Positions 60,534 to 64,000 of a stretch of DNA of 64,000 nt are shown here, piece after piece (within the stretch, counting starts at the first letter, position 1; each line of letters begins with the position of its first letter). The stretch spans positions 5,952,001-6,016,000 of the forward strand of contig JBHGNT010000002.1 of the NCBI GenBank assembly GCA_043228905.1, given 5' to 3'. Both the position numbers and the translations under genes were made by a program. The DNA comes from Azolla caroliniana (Eukaryota > Plantae > Polypodiophyta). The notes beneath the pieces are model-generated. The model did not search any database. It had not been told where the DNA came from and saw only the letters and a list, made by a program, of their open reading frames with translations.

Positions 60534-62797
60534 ATGGACCCGGCAAAAGTCCAAACAATATTGGAATGGAAACCCCCATGCTCAGTTCGGGATGTCCAGT
60601 GTTTCCTCGGATTTGCGAACTTCTATCGCAAATTCATACATAATTATTCAACCATTGTGTTGCCCCTTACTCAACTCACCAAGAAAAATCAAGCATTTTT
60701 TTGGAGTATCGAAGCGGACAAGGCTTTTACGCAGCTGAAAGAGGCATTCACATCAGCACCCATCCTAGCACATATTGATCCTGAAAAGCCATTTACTATT
60801 GAGGCGGATGCATCAGACTTTGCATTGGGGAGTATCCTATCGCAACCAGGCGAGGACGGGCAGATACATCCAGTCGCGTTTCACTCGAGAAAATTTACTG
60901 TTTCGGAGATAAACTATGGGTGCATGACAAGGAGTTCTAGCTGTGGTCGACTCGTTCGAGCAATGGCATCATTTTCTAGAAGGATCACCTCATCAGATTA
61001 TCATTTATAGTGATCACAAAAATTTCACATATTTTCAAACAGCTCGAGTATTAAATAGACGACAAGCTCGGTGGGCCCAATTTCTAACGCGTTTCAATTT
61101 CAAGATCATTTTTTGCCCCGGAAAACAACAAGGGAAAGCAGATGCTCTGTCTCGGCGTTCATATCTAGCACTTTGACCTGGAGATCTGTCCTTTGACAAT
61201 CAAAAGCAAACTCTCCTCGGGCCATCAAAGCTACAGGTAACAACAATTTATGCCACACCACTTGATTCTACCCTTCTTGACACTATTCGGCAACAACTTC
61301 ATTCGCATGATTTTGCTAAGGATGTCTTAGCCCACTGTGGTTCAAGTCGTCCATCTTGCTCCACATTGCCAGGGTCATCTCAACATTATCAGGACTTCAA
61401 GTGGCAAGATGGTTTACTCTTCTACAAGAATCTCCTTTACGTCCCCGACGGATCACCCCGACTTCAAGTGTTGGAACATTGTCATGATGCCCCCATGGCT
61501 GGACATTTTGGTATTTCCAAGACCATTGAGCTGGTGAAACGTTCGTTTTGGTGGCCTCACTTGCAAAAATTTGTCGAAGATTATGTTTGCACTTGTGACA
61601 CCTGCTGTCGCGCCAAAATACCCCAGCATCACCCTTATGGCTTACTACAACCATTACCCCCTCCCAACAAGCCATGGCAGTCTATTTCTATGGATTTCAT
61701 TACCAATCTGCCACCTTCCAAAGGCTTTGATACTATTTTAACAGTAGTGGATCGGTTCACCAAGATGGCACATTTTGTACCATGTGTAAAGACCATCAAT
61801 AGTGAAGAAACTGCAGATCTCATTATGCGTGAAGTGTTTCGCCATCATGGTCTCCTGAATGATATTATTAGCGATCGAGGTCCTCAATTTATCTCACACT
61901 TTTGGAAGCACCTATGGGCAGGCCTCAAAATCTCTTGCAAACTCTCTTCAGCTTATCATCCACAAACTGACGGACAAACAGAGCGCACAAATCAAACGCT
62001 CGAGCAATATCTTGGATGTTTCATTAGTTATCAACAAGATGATTGGAGTAAAATTTTACATCTTGCCGAGTTTGCATACAACAACACGGTCCACTCTTCT
62101 ACCAAAGTTACACCTTTCTTTGCCTACACCGGCAACCACCCTCGATGGTGTATACTGGATCTTCCCGAGGTGTCGCGAAACCCTAGTGCGGTGCATCATC
62201 TCCACCGACTACAACAAATCCAGTTCGAGTTATCGTCACATCTTCAGAAAGTGCAAGCACACCATAAGACCAATGCCGATCGACATCGTCTTAAGTCTCC
62301 GTTTAAGGTTGGTGACCGTGTATGGTTGCTTCGTCGTCACATCAAGACTACCCGACCGTGTGCTAAGCTTGACTATCAACGCTTAGGTCCTTTTGTCATC
62401 ACGGCGCAGATTAATGATGCAACATTTTGTTTTAACCTTCCTACACATGCGGCTTCACCTTGTCTTTCATAGCTCTCTTTTGGAACCTTGCCACACCTCT
62501 TTAATTCCTAATCGTGTCGTGCCACCACCGCCTTCTGTACAACTTGTGGACGGCCCCGAATATGAGGTAGCTGCTATTCTCGATTCTAAGATTGTGCGCA
62601 ATAAGCTTTATTACCTAGTTGATTGGCTTGGTTATCCTCCGAGTGATCGCACTTGGGAACCCATCGATAACGTTTGTAATGTTGAAGCTTTGGTCAACGA
62701 CTTCCATCGTCACTATCCAAACAAGCCCGGCCAAACAATGTTAACGCCGACTTCCACTCGGCGTTCTCGAAGGAGGGATAGTGTCATGAACACATGA
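60534..62797 (+). pseudogene. Element A RT end, RNase H, integrase and chromodomain
   Basis: FLGFANFYR, IEADASD, ISMDFIT, SDRGPQF; chromodomain EYEVAAILDS...YYLVDWLGY...TWEP. Confidence 0.93.
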
Positions 62798-63225
62798 CCA
62801 TTATGGCGTCACCTGGACTTGAACCTCGAACCATGTAATTCATACTTGAAAACCTCAACCATTAAGATAGTTTATTGCTATATGAAACAATAAAAGCTAC
62901 TTCTTATATTACATTGATTATTGTAAAAACTCTAGATTATTCTAGAATGTTCTAGAATGTCCTAGAGCATTCTAGGTCTAGAACATTCTAGAACATTCTA
63001 GAAATCTCTAAGCTATTCTATGGGAACCTATAAATAAGCGCATACATGTATTCTCAAATCAATTCGAATCAACACCAGTCTTTAGCTCTCATTACATATC
63101 TTATATCCATTCTCTTTCTTTCTCTATCTTATACATCCATTCTTCTCTTAGTATTTAATTCCTTTCTTCTCGTGTTCTCTAATATCCTTCTTCCATCACT
63201 CTATCTTTTATCCTTGGTTCTGACA
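62782..63225 (+). repeat. Element A 3' LTR (444 bp)
   Basis: TGTCA...TGACA; the last ~220 bp match 13430-13650. Confidence 0.93.
62930..63005 (+). promoter_or_regulatory. Heat-shock-element-like array in the A LTR
   Basis: Alternating nGAAn/nTTCn units (TTCTAGAATGTTCTAGAA, GAACATTCTAGAACATTCTAGAA) just upstream of TATAAATA. Confidence 0.6.
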
Positions 63226-64000
63226 TAGGGACTCCACTAGTACGGCCATTCTCAATCTCAAGTTGGTGAGATGATATTCTAAGTTGTCCAATGGCAACCC
63301 TTAGTGCATGTGGTAAGAATACATCTACATATTTTGGCCGCGTGATAAAACCTAACTCAGAGAAGTGCATGAAGTGTTTCTTATAGTACAACATTTTAGA
63401 TGGGAGTGGCTCTAGTGGGGTGATCCATTTACACCGAGTGTAAATTTGCCATATTTCTTGGCGTATTACTTTATTGCGGTCCTCATGAGGGATTAAAGTG
63501 TTATCACTTGTGTGGTTGTACCTAAGGGGAGGTAGGTTATTAATGTCTAGACCATTTGCAAGAAGCCAACTCACCATCATGCCATATCATCAGCTAGTAT
63601 AGCCGGACTCATACAATGATCGAGAGGCCTTAAAGGCTTGATGAGATATTCTATCATGTGGTTGGCTATGTATCCTGTGAATGAAGACTACAAGTTGAAA
63701 AAGTGCCTCTACTAACATTGGGGGTAACGTGAACTCAGCCCTAATAATGTCATGTGGTACAGTCGATTTGCTTCAGAGTTGGCGTGATAGCATCATCACC
63801 AATGGTCTCTCTAATTGCGTCCACATGAAAGATGGTAATCCTGGAGCCCAAACCGTTGATGCATACATGAGGGAGGGGGTCACTAATGAGTCAAAGAGCC
63901 ACCCTTTAGTCGGTGGCTCTTGAAAGTGTGCTTGGTGGCATTGTCTCTCTAGGAGTGAGAGGGATGCATGTCCTCTCGTGAGTCTATCCTTCGCTGCCTG
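63226..64000 (-). mobile_element. Degenerate non-LTR retrotransposon ORF2 C-terminal region (RTE-X/CR1/L2-like), target of A
   Basis: The motif LRVAIGQLRISSHQLEIENGR is typical of the post-RT region of these LINEs. It is cut at the A LTR end. Confidence 0.65.

Larger units (their letters stand above)
13430..63225 (+). mobile_element. Element A: chromodomain Ty3/Gypsy (Tcn1/Tf1-like self-priming chromovirus), host of the nest
   Basis: 5' LTR is left-truncated (13430-13650) and matches the 3' LTR (62782-63225); PPT at 62769-62781. Gag, protease, RT, RNase H, integrase and chromodomain pieces rejoin collinearly once B, C2 and D are removed. Confidence 0.92.

Overview
Eukaryotic, land-plant-like repeat DNA; the element lineages suggest a seed-free plant, but the species cannot be fixed from sequence. 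About 95% of the window is a nested retrotransposon cluster. The one host gene is an intronless secreted Pro/Thr-rich protein at 3011-4312 built from a 9-bp repeat. The main nest is a LINE remnant (63.2-64 kb) holding a self-priming chromodomain Gypsy, A (13430-63225). A contains three inserts: non-chromoviral Gypsy B (14666-35294; internal inversion, very large extra ORF, holds Copia C1), intact Copia C2 (35711-41066), and non-chromoviral Gypsy D (42186-60533; holds Copia C3 and gag-only element E). The first 13 kb has older Copia/Gypsy remnants, a 5'-truncated L1 with a 16-bp TSD, a solo LTR and a second gag-only element, F. Most notable observations: (1) three different LTR families carry an outward-facing tRNA-type A-box/B-box module in U3; (2) the gag-only, tRNA-Trp-primed E/F group makes 4-bp CpG-centred TSDs; (3) E has strongly divergent LTRs although it sits inside a young host; (4) D has a tRNA-3'-end-like sequence where the PPT should be. 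All coordinates and comparisons were made by eye.
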